Positions 47,449 to 56,719 of a DNA stretch of 64,000 nucleotides are shown here, piece by piece. The position numbers and the translations under genes were made by a program. The notes below the pieces were generated by a model. It did not search any database, had not been told where the DNA came from, and worked only from the letters and a program-made list of their open reading frames with translations. This DNA comes from an uncultured Gammaproteobacteria bacterium (GTDB lineage Bacteria; Pseudomonadota; Gammaproteobacteria; Pseudomonadales; JAHEGP01): assembly GCA_963808975.1 (NCBI GenBank), contig CAWEHR010000008.1:114493-178492 (forward strand), read 5' to 3'. Positions within the stretch are counted from its first letter, which is position 1, and the number at the start of each line of letters is the position of its first letter.

Positions 47449-47802
47449 ATGGAACGTCGTCAGTCCAGACGGGTGTCAGCGAAGGTCAAACTGATCGTTT
47501 TTCGCGGCGGTGTGCCGGTTGCTATCGGTCGCATCAGCAATGCGAGTCATGCCGGCTTTTTCGTTGAAACCGAGTTCGCCGATACGGCGCCGGGGCAGGA
47601 GCTGGAAATTGAATTGCCGCTGCGGGCGGGGAAAGCGCTGCGAAATTTTCGCTTTTTCGCTACGGTGGAGCACCTCGCGGCTTCGGGTTTTGGCATGAGT
47701 GTCGATCAAAATGATGAGCAGGCGAGAAAGGCCTTGTTCGTGTTGCTCTCGAATTGCCTGCTGGAGGAGCCAGTCGAGTCAGAGTTGCTGAGCAGCGCCT
47801 GA
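47449..47802 (+). CDS. PilZ-domain protein (c-di-GMP receptor type)
   Basis: 117 aa. Both c-di-GMP binding motifs are intact: RRQSRR (RxxxR) and NASHAG (D/NxSxxG). AGGGAG serves as the RBS. Confidence 0.8.
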   Translation: MERRQSRRVSAKVKLIVFRGGVPVAIGRISNASHAGFFVETEFADTAPGQELEIELPLRAGKALRNFRFFATVEHLAASGFGMSVDQNDEQARKALFVLLSNCLLEEPVESELLSSA

Positions 47803-47845
47803 TTCCAGTCGTCCTGTCACTGGTTCGGCGCGCAGTGACCTGCAC

Positions 47846-49321
47846 TCAGGCAAAGATTCCATGGACAAACCAGCGCTGCTGTCCAATGTCCAGGTAGATC
47901 CAGTAAAAGCCGCCGTCCTGGTGCTGCGCAATAAAGTAGTCGCGTTGCACCGGGTTATCCCACCAGTGTGATTGAATCCGCTCCGGGCCTATGATCAACT
48001 GCAACTTGCCACGCCAGTAAAGGCTGTCGCCCTGCTGCCTGATGGGGCTTGGCTGCGCCAACAACCAGGTGGGGCGGTAACCGCTGTGACCGGTATTGCC
48101 CGGGCCCTTGTTTGCGCCCGACAGGGCGGTGGTGCGGCGCCAGGCCAGCTCGGGAACATGCTCATTACAGTATTCCAGGCCGTAGATTTGTGTGTTTTTG
48201 AGCCGGGTATTCAGGGTATCCAGCAGCAATTCCATCGATTGCTGTTGCTGGGCTCGCCATTCCTCGAATAATGCTTTGGTAGTGGGCGCCGAGCGGCTGA
48301 AGCGATCGCTGCGCAGCCCCAGGCCACTAACCGGAGCTTCCAGCTTGAGTTGTTCCAGCCGGGTGCGGGTGAGAGCCATAAAGCGTTGCTTGTCATGGTG
48401 TGGGCGCGACAGGCGTATCGGCAGCAGCACGAGATCGTCGTCTTGCTGGGCCAGCTGCCATTCAAAGCCGGGGCACTCGAGTTGACGTGCGTGCAGAAAC
48501 GCCGCCAGTTCATCGAGCAGTCGCTGCATGGGAAATAGCAGTGCCTCAGTGCGATGGAGCGGCTCCATGAAGTCCAGTTGACGGAAAAAACCCGGTTCCG
48601 GCTCAATGGCGTGTTGCGGGTCGGGTGCATGGCCCCGCAACTGGTCGAGATGGAGTAAAAAGTCGCGCCCAAAGCGCCGGCCCAGGGCCTGGCGGGGCAG
48701 GGGCAGAATATCGGCAAGTACCCTGAAGCCGGGTTTGTGCAGGCGACTCAATAATGGGTCTGGAAGGTCCAGCCGTTGCAACGGCACCCCTGCGAGCACG
48801 GCATTGAGCTGCTCCATATCAAGCTGTTGCCGTTGCCGATCAAACCAGGCCGGCGCCGCCCCGGGCTGGTGACGAGCGACCAGCCAGGCGGCCTTGGGTG
48901 TGTGCGCCAGGCCAACGGCATAGCTGAACCCCTGGGCCGGTAAATCGGTGTCTATCCGCTTGGTGATATTCTCCAGTTGCTGGAACAGCTTCAGGCTGGC
49001 GCCCACCTCCAGCAGCAGGTCTGCCGGGGGCTTGATACAGCATGCCGGGGTAAGGCTGTAGGCCCACTGGGCCAGTTGGCGCAGTGCCAGGCGTTCTTTA
49101 TCACTGTTTTTCTCCAGGCATAACAGTGAACTCGCCAGGGCCCCGGCAGTGGTTGCCGACATCCCCGCAACAATCCCCTGTGCCTTGGCGGCATCGTTAC
49201 AACATGCAACCTGCTGGTTCTGCACCAGTGCCACTGGCCGGCTATTGGCCCCGGGACTGCCCCGGGTAAAAACCTCCAGTGGCAGCAACGGTAGATGGAG
49301 GCAAATCCACAACATGCTCAA
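47846..49321 (-). CDS. imuB: Y-family-polymerase-like protein ImuB
   Basis: 491 aa with the characteristic N-terminus MLWICLHLPLLPLEVF. It lies 14 nt downstream of imuA. Confidence 0.85.
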   Translation of the reverse strand: MSMLWICLHLPLLPLEVFTRGSPGANSRPVALVQNQQVACCNDAAKAQGIVAGMSATTAGALASSLLCLEKNSDKERLALRQLAQWAYSLTPACCIKPPADLLLEVGASLKLFQQLENITKRIDTDLPAQGFSYAVGLAHTPKAAWLVARHQPGAAPAWFDRQRQQLDMEQLNAVLAGVPLQRLDLPDPLLSRLHKPGFRVLADILPLPRQALGRRFGRDFLLHLDQLRGHAPDPQHAIEPEPGFFRQLDFMEPLHRTEALLFPMQRLLDELAAFLHARQLECPGFEWQLAQQDDDLVLLPIRLSRPHHDKQRFMALTRTRLEQLKLEAPVSGLGLRSDRFSRSAPTTKALFEEWRAQQQQSMELLLDTLNTRLKNTQIYGLEYCNEHVPELAWRRTTALSGANKGPGNTGHSGYRPTWLLAQPSPIRQQGDSLYWRGKLQLIIGPERIQSHWWDNPVQRDYFIAQHQDGGFYWIYLDIGQQRWFVHGIFA

Positions 49322-49335
49322 CCGGAAACCTGGCC

Positions 49336-50160
49336 CTACTGGCCTTTACCGATGTCACTGAACGGGTTCCCGGGTGAACTTTGCGCTCCCGTGAGGGCGC
49401 AGCCCCGGCCGCTGTTGATGATCGGCCCGTTGGCGGCAATGGCCGCAGCATCTTCAACCGGGGCCCGGGTGTTGAACTGTAACGGCAGATGCCAGCGTGC
49501 CAGTGCCAGCCAGGCTTCACGCCGTGGCAGGGTGACAGACTGCCCCGACCATCCGCCGGGTTGCTTGAGTACCTCCAGCTGTAGTTGTCCCGTCCGGGTA
49601 CTATCGAGCAGCAGGCGCAGGCCGGCGGGTGATGCCTGTTGCGACAGCTTGTAATGGCGCTGCAGGAACAAGAGGGTATCGCTGTGTTTGGCCGCCAGTA
49701 GCAGTTTGCGCAGGTGGGCTGTAGCCAGATTTTGCGCACCGAACCAGGCGATAACACAGCCGGCGGCTCCCGAGCGCAAGGTTTGCTCGGCGCTCCACAG
49801 TTGTTGCAGGGTGTTGCTGCTGTCGATCACCAGTAGCCTGTCGACGCTGACCCCGGCAGCGGCCAGTGCTGCCGGGTAGGGTGTGCAGGGCGGTGACAGC
49901 AACAGGCAATAGCGCCCGGCACTGGTCAGGCGTGCCAGGGTCGGCAGCAGTAACTGTAATTCACCAATACCCTGCTGTCGGCATAGCATTTCTATCATAC
50001 TGGAGTGTGGCCAGCCGCCCAGGTGAAGGCAGTCGTCCAGTGCTGCAAAGCCGGTACTGATACCGCTTTGCTGTTGCCTGCGCTGGACCGACTGCCAGAT
50101 ATCGGGGCGTTGCAGCAGTTGTTCGATAGCGGCTTTTTGCTCGCGGGAAGTGTGTGGCAT
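49336..50160 (-). CDS. imuA: translesion-synthesis-associated RecA/SulA-like protein ImuA
   Basis: I trimmed the start to ATG 50160, after AAGGA. It has an ImuA-like core (LGGWPHSSMIEMLCRQQGIGELQLLLPTLARL). A LexA box lies 19 nt upstream. Confidence 0.8.
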   Translation of the reverse strand: MPHTSREQKAAIEQLLQRPDIWQSVQRRQQQSGISTGFAALDDCLHLGGWPHSSMIEMLCRQQGIGELQLLLPTLARLTSAGRYCLLLSPPCTPYPAALAAAGVSVDRLLVIDSSNTLQQLWSAEQTLRSGAAGCVIAWFGAQNLATAHLRKLLLAAKHSDTLLFLQRHYKLSQQASPAGLRLLLDSTRTGQLQLEVLKQPGGWSGQSVTLPRREAWLALARWHLPLQFNTRAPVEDAAAIAANGPIINSGRGCALTGAQSSPGNPFSDIGKGQ

Positions 50161-50178
50161 GATCCTTGCTCGCTCATA

Positions 50179-50198
50179 TACTGTAAATATATACAGTA
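50179..50198. promoter_or_regulatory. LexA (SOS) box of the imuA-imuB operon
   Basis: TACTGTAAATATATACAGTA is a near-consensus CTGT-N8-ACAG palindrome immediately upstream of imuA. Confidence 0.85.
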
Positions 50199-50528
50199 TA
50201 TGATCCCGGGTCCAGTGCCCGATATCACCCTGGCAATACTGCCGGGAATTATCGCAAGGTCCGGGGAGCAAGCATCAGTTAGGGCCAATGGCACTTACTT
50301 AGGGCCTCTGGAAACCGCGGGTCAACCCCAGTATGCTTCGCAGGCCCGTATCGATCTTTCGAAAAACCGGGGCGTTCACAGCAGAAGCGAAGCTTCGGCT
50401 AAAGTGAAGACGGACGAGATTTCACAGTACAAGAACGCCAGCGCAGTCAACCCGGCCTGCTGTTCTGCCAGCGCTGGCGATGCCAGCAGTCACCAGCCAG
50501 GCCCGGACAAGCCACAGGAGTATCGACC

Positions 50529-52229
50529 ATGAAGCAGAAACTCAACCAGGCATCCAGCGACTTCTCCCCCAGCAATGCCTATTGGGCGGAAACCCATGAG
50601 GTTCGTAACCAGCCACCAGCGCTGGAAAACTACAACAGCTATCTCCAGGACAGCGCCCTGCGCGAGGCTATCAAAGTCCATGGCGGGGAATGGGCAGAGG
50701 CGGATCTGCGGCGCTTTGGCGCAGCCACCGGGTCTGCGGAACTGATTGAGCTGGGCTTCCAGGCGAACGAGAACAAGCCTGTGTTGTACACCCATAACCG
50801 CCACGGTGAGCGGGTTGACGAGGTGCGTTTCCACCCGGCCTACCACCAGCTTATGTCACTGTCGCTGCGCGAGGGGCTGCACAGCTCCCACTGGGGCGAA
50901 ATGCCGGCAGCGCATCTGGTGCGCAGCGCCAAGTACTATCTCATGGCACAGGTTGAAGCCGGCCACGGTTGTCCGGTCACCATGACTTCCGCCGCCATCC
51001 CGGCACTGAAAAACCAGGCCGACCTCTACGCCAGCTGGGCGCCCCGAATTGTTGCCACCGATTACGATCCCCGCAATATTCCCGACCAGGCCAAAACCGC
51101 TGTCACCATCGGCATGGCCATGACGGAAAAGCAGGGTGGTTCCGACGTGCGGCAAAACAGCACCCGCGCCTATCCGGTGGACGGTGCGTACGGCAGCGGC
51201 GCCTATGAACTGGTCGGCCACAAGTACTTTGTCTCGGCACCCATGTGCGATGCCTTCCTGGTGCTGGCGCAGACACGGTCGGGGCTGTCCTGCTTCCTGG
51301 TGCCGCGCTGGCGCCCGGATGGCAGCAAAAACCCGATCCAGATCCAGCGTCTCAAAAACAAGATGGGCAATGTCTCGAATGCCTCCAGTGAAACCGAGTT
51401 GCGCGGCGCCCTGGGCTGGATGGTCGGTGAGGAGGGCAGGGGTGTTGCCGCGATCATCGAAATGGTGGCGATGACCCGCTTCGATTGCATGATCGGCTCC
51501 GCCGCGGGCATGCGCCAGGCCGTTGCCCAGGCCACCCATCACTGTTCGATGCGTCACGCCTTCGGCAAGCTGTTGAGTGAGCAACCGCTGATGCAGAACG
51601 TGCTGGCCGACTTGATTCTGGAAAGTGAAGCGGCACTGGCGCTGACCATGCGCATTGCCAGGGCGCTGGACCATGGCGCCGACAGTGAGCAGGAGCGCTT
51701 GCTGGTGCGGATGGGCACCGCGGTTGGTAAATACTGGATCTGCAAGCGCACCCCGGCCCATGCCTACGAGGCCATGGAGTGCATTGGCGGCAGCGGCGTG
51801 ATGGAGGATGGCATTATGGCCCGCCTGTTTCGTGAATCTCCGATCAATGCCATATGGGAGGGCAGTGGCAACGTGCAGTGCCTCGACATGATTCGTGCGA
51901 TGCACAAAAACAAAGGCTCGCTTGAGGTTTTCATGGCGGAGATTTCCGCCGCCCGGGGGATGAACAAGCACCTCGATCGGCTGATCGACGAACTCGGCCG
52001 GGATTTTGTCGACAGCGCCCAACTGGAATACGGCGCCCGCAGCGTGGTTGAGAAGATGGCGCTGGCGATACAGTCCGCTACCCTGTTGACCGCGAGTAAG
52101 CCACTGGTGGCCGAGGCGTTCTGTGAGTCCAGGCTCGCACCGTCCAATCGCGGGCGTTTGTACGGAACCTTGCCTGCGGGTGTCGACTGCCGGGCGCTGG
52201 TCGAGCGGGCGACGCCGCGACGCGACTGA
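50529..52229 (+). CDS. aidB: AidB-like acyl-CoA dehydrogenase family protein
   Basis: 566 aa and colinear with E. coli AidB as I recall it: THEVRNQPP, VRFHPAYHQLM, GMAMTEKQGGSDV, LKNKMGNVSNASSE, MTRFDC and INAIWEGSGNVQCLD. Confidence 0.88.
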   Translation: MKQKLNQASSDFSPSNAYWAETHEVRNQPPALENYNSYLQDSALREAIKVHGGEWAEADLRRFGAATGSAELIELGFQANENKPVLYTHNRHGERVDEVRFHPAYHQLMSLSLREGLHSSHWGEMPAAHLVRSAKYYLMAQVEAGHGCPVTMTSAAIPALKNQADLYASWAPRIVATDYDPRNIPDQAKTAVTIGMAMTEKQGGSDVRQNSTRAYPVDGAYGSGAYELVGHKYFVSAPMCDAFLVLAQTRSGLSCFLVPRWRPDGSKNPIQIQRLKNKMGNVSNASSETELRGALGWMVGEEGRGVAAIIEMVAMTRFDCMIGSAAGMRQAVAQATHHCSMRHAFGKLLSEQPLMQNVLADLILESEAALALTMRIARALDHGADSEQERLLVRMGTAVGKYWICKRTPAHAYEAMECIGGSGVMEDGIMARLFRESPINAIWEGSGNVQCLDMIRAMHKNKGSLEVFMAEISAARGMNKHLDRLIDELGRDFVDSAQLEYGARSVVEKMALAIQSATLLTASKPLVAEAFCESRLAPSNRGRLYGTLPAGVDCRALVERATPRRD

Positions 52230-52255
52230 GGCCGGCAGTTGTCGGCGCCGGCACG

Positions 52256-52615
52256 GTGATAAAAGTTGCCAATATTTTTTCGAACCTGCCCGCGGAGTTG
52301 CCCGAGGAAGCTATCGATACGCTGCTCCAGGCCGGCACATTGCGGCTTGAACGCATCGTCTCGAGGGGGCATAGCACACCGGCGTCCGACTGGTATGACC
52401 AGCCCCAGCACGAGTGGGTGATGGTGCTGCGTGGCGCGGCGCGTTTGTTGTTCGATGATGGCTCCGACTGTCACCTGCAGCGCGGCGACTTCCTCAATAT
52501 CCCCGCCCACACCCGCCACCGGGTAAGCTGGACCGATCCATCGGTTGACACCGTCTGGCTGGCGCTCCACTATCCGGTGTTGCCAATAATAGAAGAGGGG
52601 GCCGACAGTGGATGA
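52256..52615 (+). CDS. cupin-domain protein
   Basis: 119 aa with a GTG start, 27 nt after aidB. It has a cupin beta-barrel pattern (EWVMVLRGAARLLFDDGSDCHLQRGDFLNIPAHTRHRV). Confidence 0.75.
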   Translation: MIKVANIFSNLPAELPEEAIDTLLQAGTLRLERIVSRGHSTPASDWYDQPQHEWVMVLRGAARLLFDDGSDCHLQRGDFLNIPAHTRHRVSWTDPSVDTVWLALHYPVLPIIEEGADSG

Positions 52616-53054
52616 GCTACCCAACTTCCATCGAGTCAGTGACCGTATCCTGACCTCCGGTCAGCCCACCGCGTCGCAACTGGCCGAGCTTGGCCGCAAT
52701 GGGGTCAATGCGGTGGTAAATCTGGCAATGCACGACTCCGCCAATGCGGTAGCCGAAGAAGGCCATATTGTCGCCTCCCAGGGGCTGGCTTATGCGCATA
52801 TACCGGTGCCATTCGACCAACCGGCGCGGCACCAGCTGAGGCAGTTTTTCCAACTGATGGATGCCTTTGAGGGCCAAACGGTACTGGTGCATTGCGCCCT
52901 CAATAGGCGCGTCGCCGTGTTTATGCAGCGCTATCTCCACCTGGTAAAGGGCGTGGATGAGGCTACAGCCAGTTCACCGCTATTGCTACAGTGGCTGCCC
53001 TCAATGGATCCCTGCTGGCGGGCAATCATGGCATTGCACTTGCGGGACATTTGA
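52608..53054 (+). CDS. dual-specificity/tyrosine-phosphatase-like (DUF442-like) protein
   Basis: 148 aa with a GTG start that overlaps the cupin gene by 8 nt. It has a PTP-loop-like VHCALNRRV, in which the spacing is CX4R rather than the canonical CX5R. The N-terminus has the LTSGQPT motif typical of this fold. Confidence 0.55.
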   Translation: MDELPNFHRVSDRILTSGQPTASQLAELGRNGVNAVVNLAMHDSANAVAEEGHIVASQGLAYAHIPVPFDQPARHQLRQFFQLMDAFEGQTVLVHCALNRRVAVFMQRYLHLVKGVDEATASSPLLLQWLPSMDPCWRAIMALHLRDI

Positions 53055-53252
53055 TAGCCGCCGCTCGTGCTGATGGTGGTGCCAACGGGCGGCGCGTATG
53101 CAGGGCTGGGACGCCTAAAAAACTCCGCTCTACCGGGATGCTTGCATGCGGGAGACTTGCTACTATACGGGCACTCAATCGAACCCGTAGAACGCTTTTA
53201 CAGGGCCGATTGCCAAGTTCGTATTTGCCGTTAACTGCACAAGGATTTATCG

Positions 53253-53657
53253 ATGACCAAATTAGCAGAAATCGAAGGTATCGGGGACGTTTACAGCGCC
53301 AAGCTGGAACAGGGTGGCATCAATTCAGTGGAATCACTGCTGTCAACCTGTTGCGACAAGAAGGGCCGCAAGCAGATCGCCGAGCAATTGGAAATCAGCG
53401 AGAAGTTATTGCTGGGCTGGGTCAATCGTGCGGATCTTGCCCGCATCAAGGGTATCAACACCCAGTACGCCGATCTGCTTGAGGAGGCTGGCGTGGATAC
53501 CGTGCCGGAGCTGGCCCAGCGCAATGCCGACAATCTCCATGCGAAAATGGTCGAGGTCAATACCGCAAAAAAACGGGTGCGCCAGGTACCCGCACTGGCC
53601 CAGGTGCAGGATTGGGTGAGCCAGGCTGCCAGTCTGCCCAGGGTGATTACTCATTAG
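53253..53657 (+). CDS. DUF4332-domain protein (tandem helix-hairpin-helix-like)
   Basis: 134 aa. It has repeated HhH-like segments (IEGIGDVYSAKLEQGGI / IKGINTQYADLLEEAGVDTVPELA). Confidence 0.75.
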   Translation: MTKLAEIEGIGDVYSAKLEQGGINSVESLLSTCCDKKGRKQIAEQLEISEKLLLGWVNRADLARIKGINTQYADLLEEAGVDTVPELAQRNADNLHAKMVEVNTAKKRVRQVPALAQVQDWVSQAASLPRVITH

Positions 53658-53819
53658 AATCGCGTCGATCTTGGCGTCTTCCCGCAAGTGGCGCCTGCCC
53701 TGTCTTCCCGTCGAGAGAGTGCACGCCACGCGGGGTTTGTAGACCGCGGTCATAGCCCTGGCTATGGCCCTTTCCACCCGGCCATCAGTGGCCGGGCCCC
53801 GGGCAGCCGGACACAACTA

Positions 53820-54584
53820 TTACTTACCCTGCCAATTGGGTTTGCGTTTCTCGGCGAAGGCTGAGGGCCCCTCCATGGCATCGGCGCTCATGAACACCGG
53901 CATAACGATTTCGGTCTGGCGCTTGAACTTTTCTTCCTCCGGCCAGCTGTCCAGTTGTGTCAGGACCTGCTTGGTCGCAGCCACCGCGAGCGGGCCGTTA
54001 TCGACTATGGTGCGGGCCAGTTCATAAGCCTTGTCCAGCACAGTGCCCGCTGGGACCACGCGATTGACCAGGCCCATGTCGTAGGCGCGCTGTGCACTGA
54101 TGGCATCGCCGGTAAGCGCCAGTTCCATCGCGAGGCGCGATGGGATTTGTTTGGGTAACCGGATCAGGCCGCCACCAGCGGCTACCAGCCCCCGCTTGAC
54201 TTCGGGAATACCGAACCTGCTGTTGTCGGCGGCAACAATGAGGTCGCAGGTGATAGCCAGTTCGAAGCCTCCCGCAAGGGCAAAGCCCTCAACCGCGGCA
54301 ATCAGCGGCTTCTTCGGCGGCGCCTCGGTAATGCCCGCAAAGCCGCGGCCCTCGACCACCGGCAACTCACCGCTGATGAAGGCTTTCAGGTCCATCCCGG
54401 CGCAAAAACTGCCCCCGGCACCGGTGAGGATCGCCACCCGGATCGAATCATCACTGTCCAGTTTATCAACCGCTGCGGCGATAGCGACGGCTACCGCCCT
54501 GTTCACCGCGTTCTTCGCCTCGGGCCGGTTGATGGTAATCGTCATGATTCCGGCGTCGGTCGTTACCGTTACAACATCGCTCAT
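53820..54584 (-). CDS. enoyl-CoA hydratase/isomerase (crotonase) family protein
   Basis: 254 aa. It has the crotonase fold motifs ITINRPEAKNA, LTGAGGSFCAGMDLK and GFALAGGFELA. Confidence 0.9.
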   Translation of the reverse strand: MSDVVTVTTDAGIMTITINRPEAKNAVNRAVAVAIAAAVDKLDSDDSIRVAILTGAGGSFCAGMDLKAFISGELPVVEGRGFAGITEAPPKKPLIAAVEGFALAGGFELAITCDLIVAADNSRFGIPEVKRGLVAAGGGLIRLPKQIPSRLAMELALTGDAISAQRAYDMGLVNRVVPAGTVLDKAYELARTIVDNGPLAVAATKQVLTQLDSWPEEEKFKRQTEIVMPVFMSADAMEGPSAFAEKRKPNWQGK

Positions 54585-54757
54585 TGCAGTTCTCCGTTTT
54601 TCAAGGGCCGGGCAGCGACGAATCCATAATCAGGTTCTCCGCTTGACCCAGGTAAACTAATTTTTTGTAAGCCGAACCCTGAGGATACTGTATTCGTTCA
54701 TTGCAGTGAATCCGGTGTCCAACGGTCGGACAATAGTGGCAGGCGAACCTCCCCCGG

Positions 54758-54775
54758 CTGTAACAAAAATGTAAT
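54758..54775 (+). promoter_or_regulatory. Pho-box-like direct repeat upstream of the PiT gene (weak call)
   Basis: CTGTAAC-AAAA-ATGTAAT matches the consensus CTGT(C/A)A(C/T)-A(A/T)A(T/A)-CTGT(C/A)A(C/T) at 13 of 14 repeat positions. No clear -10 element is found at the expected 10-nt distance. Confidence 0.3.
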
Positions 54776-54856
54776 AAATTTGAACTGGCACTGGTTTTCT
54801 CCTTCCTAAATGGTGTCTAATATGTCCCCAATACGAATAATAAAAGACAGCAAGCT

Positions 54857-55897
54857 ATGGATACTGTACTGCTGCTCGCAATTTTCAGCGTTCTGGTTAT
54901 TTTGCTTTTTGATTTAACCAACGGCTTTCACGACGCCTCGAACATGATCGCCACGGTGGTGGCGTCACGGGCCATGACCCCTACCCAGGCGGTCCTGCTG
55001 GTGGGTGCTTTCCACTTTATCGGGCCGATACTCGGCGGCACAGCGGTGGCCAATACCATCGGCAAGTTCGTCGATGTCAGCTCCCTGGAATCGGTCACCT
55101 CCATGCTTATCATCCTCTGCGGGCTCGGTGGTGCCATCGTCTGGAATCTGCTGACCTGGTGGTTGGGCATTCCGTCGTCTTCCTCCCACGCCCTGGTCGG
55201 CGGCCTCGTGGGTGCGGTGGTGGTCGCGGCGGGGCCCCAGTACGTGGTCTGGGGTTTTGCCCAACTCATGCATGGCGAATTGACCGGTGTTACCAAAGTC
55301 ATCCTGGCCTTGATTCTTTCACCACTGATCGGTTTTTGGGCCGGCTTCGCCATTCAGCGGATAATGGCGTTCCTGCTTCAGGGCGCCCGACCCTCGCTAA
55401 ACAAACATTTGCGCCGGGTGCAATGGTTCAGCGCCGCTGGACTCTCGTTTTCCCACGGTGCCAACGACGCGCAAAAAAGCATGGGTATCATTACCATGGT
55501 GCTGGTACTGGGCGGCTATATCACGGACTTCGTGGTACCCATGTGGGTTGTTTTATCCTGTGCGACCATGATTACCGTCGGCACGATGATGGGCGGCTGG
55601 CGTATCGTGCGCACGGTGGGATTCGGTATCTACAAGGTACGGCCGCTGCACGCTGTGGATGCCCAGATAACCTCCGCCGCCGTCATTTTTGGCGCCTCCG
55701 TGATCGGTGCGCCGGTATCAACCACCCACGTGGTGAGTTCCTCCATTATGGGGATCGGCGCCTCTGAGCGACCTAAAGCCGTGCGCTGGGGCAAGGCTCG
55801 GGAAATCATCAGTACCTGGATCATTACCATTCCCGGCGCAGCCTTTGTGGCCATCGTCTTCTATGGGTTGGTTTATCTGGTACGCGGGATATTCTGA
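54857..55897 (+). CDS. inorganic phosphate transporter, PiT family
   Basis: 346 aa. It is multi-TM and carries the duplicated PHO4 signature (GFHDASN ... SHGANDAQK). Confidence 0.92.
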   Translation: MDTVLLLAIFSVLVILLFDLTNGFHDASNMIATVVASRAMTPTQAVLLVGAFHFIGPILGGTAVANTIGKFVDVSSLESVTSMLIILCGLGGAIVWNLLTWWLGIPSSSSHALVGGLVGAVVVAAGPQYVVWGFAQLMHGELTGVTKVILALILSPLIGFWAGFAIQRIMAFLLQGARPSLNKHLRRVQWFSAAGLSFSHGANDAQKSMGIITMVLVLGGYITDFVVPMWVVLSCATMITVGTMMGGWRIVRTVGFGIYKVRPLHAVDAQITSAAVIFGASVIGAPVSTTHVVSSSIMGIGASERPKAVRWGKAREIISTWIITIPGAAFVAIVFYGLVYLVRGIF

Positions 55898-55931
55898 TGC
55901 CATTGGGTAAAAAAACACTGGAGTTTATGCG

Positions 55932-56630
55932 ATGAGTAACGCCTCTGGATCTTTGATGCACCGGCTGGTGAACAGGGTATTTCCCCGTATGCCGAAATTC
56001 TTTGCGTTGCTCAACGAGCAATGCGACCTGGCGCTGGAGTGCATGGAAGTGTTCACCGCTTACCTGAGCACCAACGATCCCGACCTCGCCCAAAAGGTAA
56101 GGGATCTCGAGCACGATGCGGACAGGATCAAGGATCGAAACATTCGCATTCTCAACGAATCCTTCTCGACTCCCATCGACAGGGAAGATCTCTACGACGC
56201 TATAGCGGGCATCGACCAACTCATCAACTACGCCAAAACCACCGTATACGAATTGCATATGTTCGAGACGCCCGCCGATGACTGCATGCGGGAACTCGGT
56301 GAGGAGTATAAAGCCGGGATCGAAGCACTGCGCGCGGGTTACGCATTGCTGGAAAAAGCACCTGGCGGGGCGCAGGAGTATGCCAAGCTTGCCCGCAAGT
56401 CCGAACGGCGCATGAAGAAGATTTATCGCAGCGGACTGGTTGAGCTACTCGATAGGGAAAACTTTATCGAGAAGTATAAGCGTACCGCAAGCGATAGTGA
56501 TGAACTGGCGATGGACTACGTCGTCTATCTGTTGAAGCATCGGGAAATCTATCGCCATATGTCCCACGCCGCCGATGCACTCGGGCGAGACAGTGAACTG
56601 CTGCACGACATCATTGTTAAGCTGGTGTGA
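55932..56630 (+). CDS. DUF47/PhoU-like protein associated with PiT
   Basis: 232 aa and helical. Its position directly adjacent to PiT and its N-terminal pattern (FFALLNEQCDLALECMEVF) fit the DUF47 family. Confidence 0.8.
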   Translation: MSNASGSLMHRLVNRVFPRMPKFFALLNEQCDLALECMEVFTAYLSTNDPDLAQKVRDLEHDADRIKDRNIRILNESFSTPIDREDLYDAIAGIDQLINYAKTTVYELHMFETPADDCMRELGEEYKAGIEALRAGYALLEKAPGGAQEYAKLARKSERRMKKIYRSGLVELLDRENFIEKYKRTASDSDELAMDYVVYLLKHREIYRHMSHAADALGRDSELLHDIIVKLV

Positions 56631-56719
56631 GCCGGGCGGCTTTTGGGGCAGCTTTTGGGGGGTGGTGCGGCGAGGTATCTGCGGCAGTCTGCGCTTTGCG
56701 CAAGGGGGATAGAGCCCTC

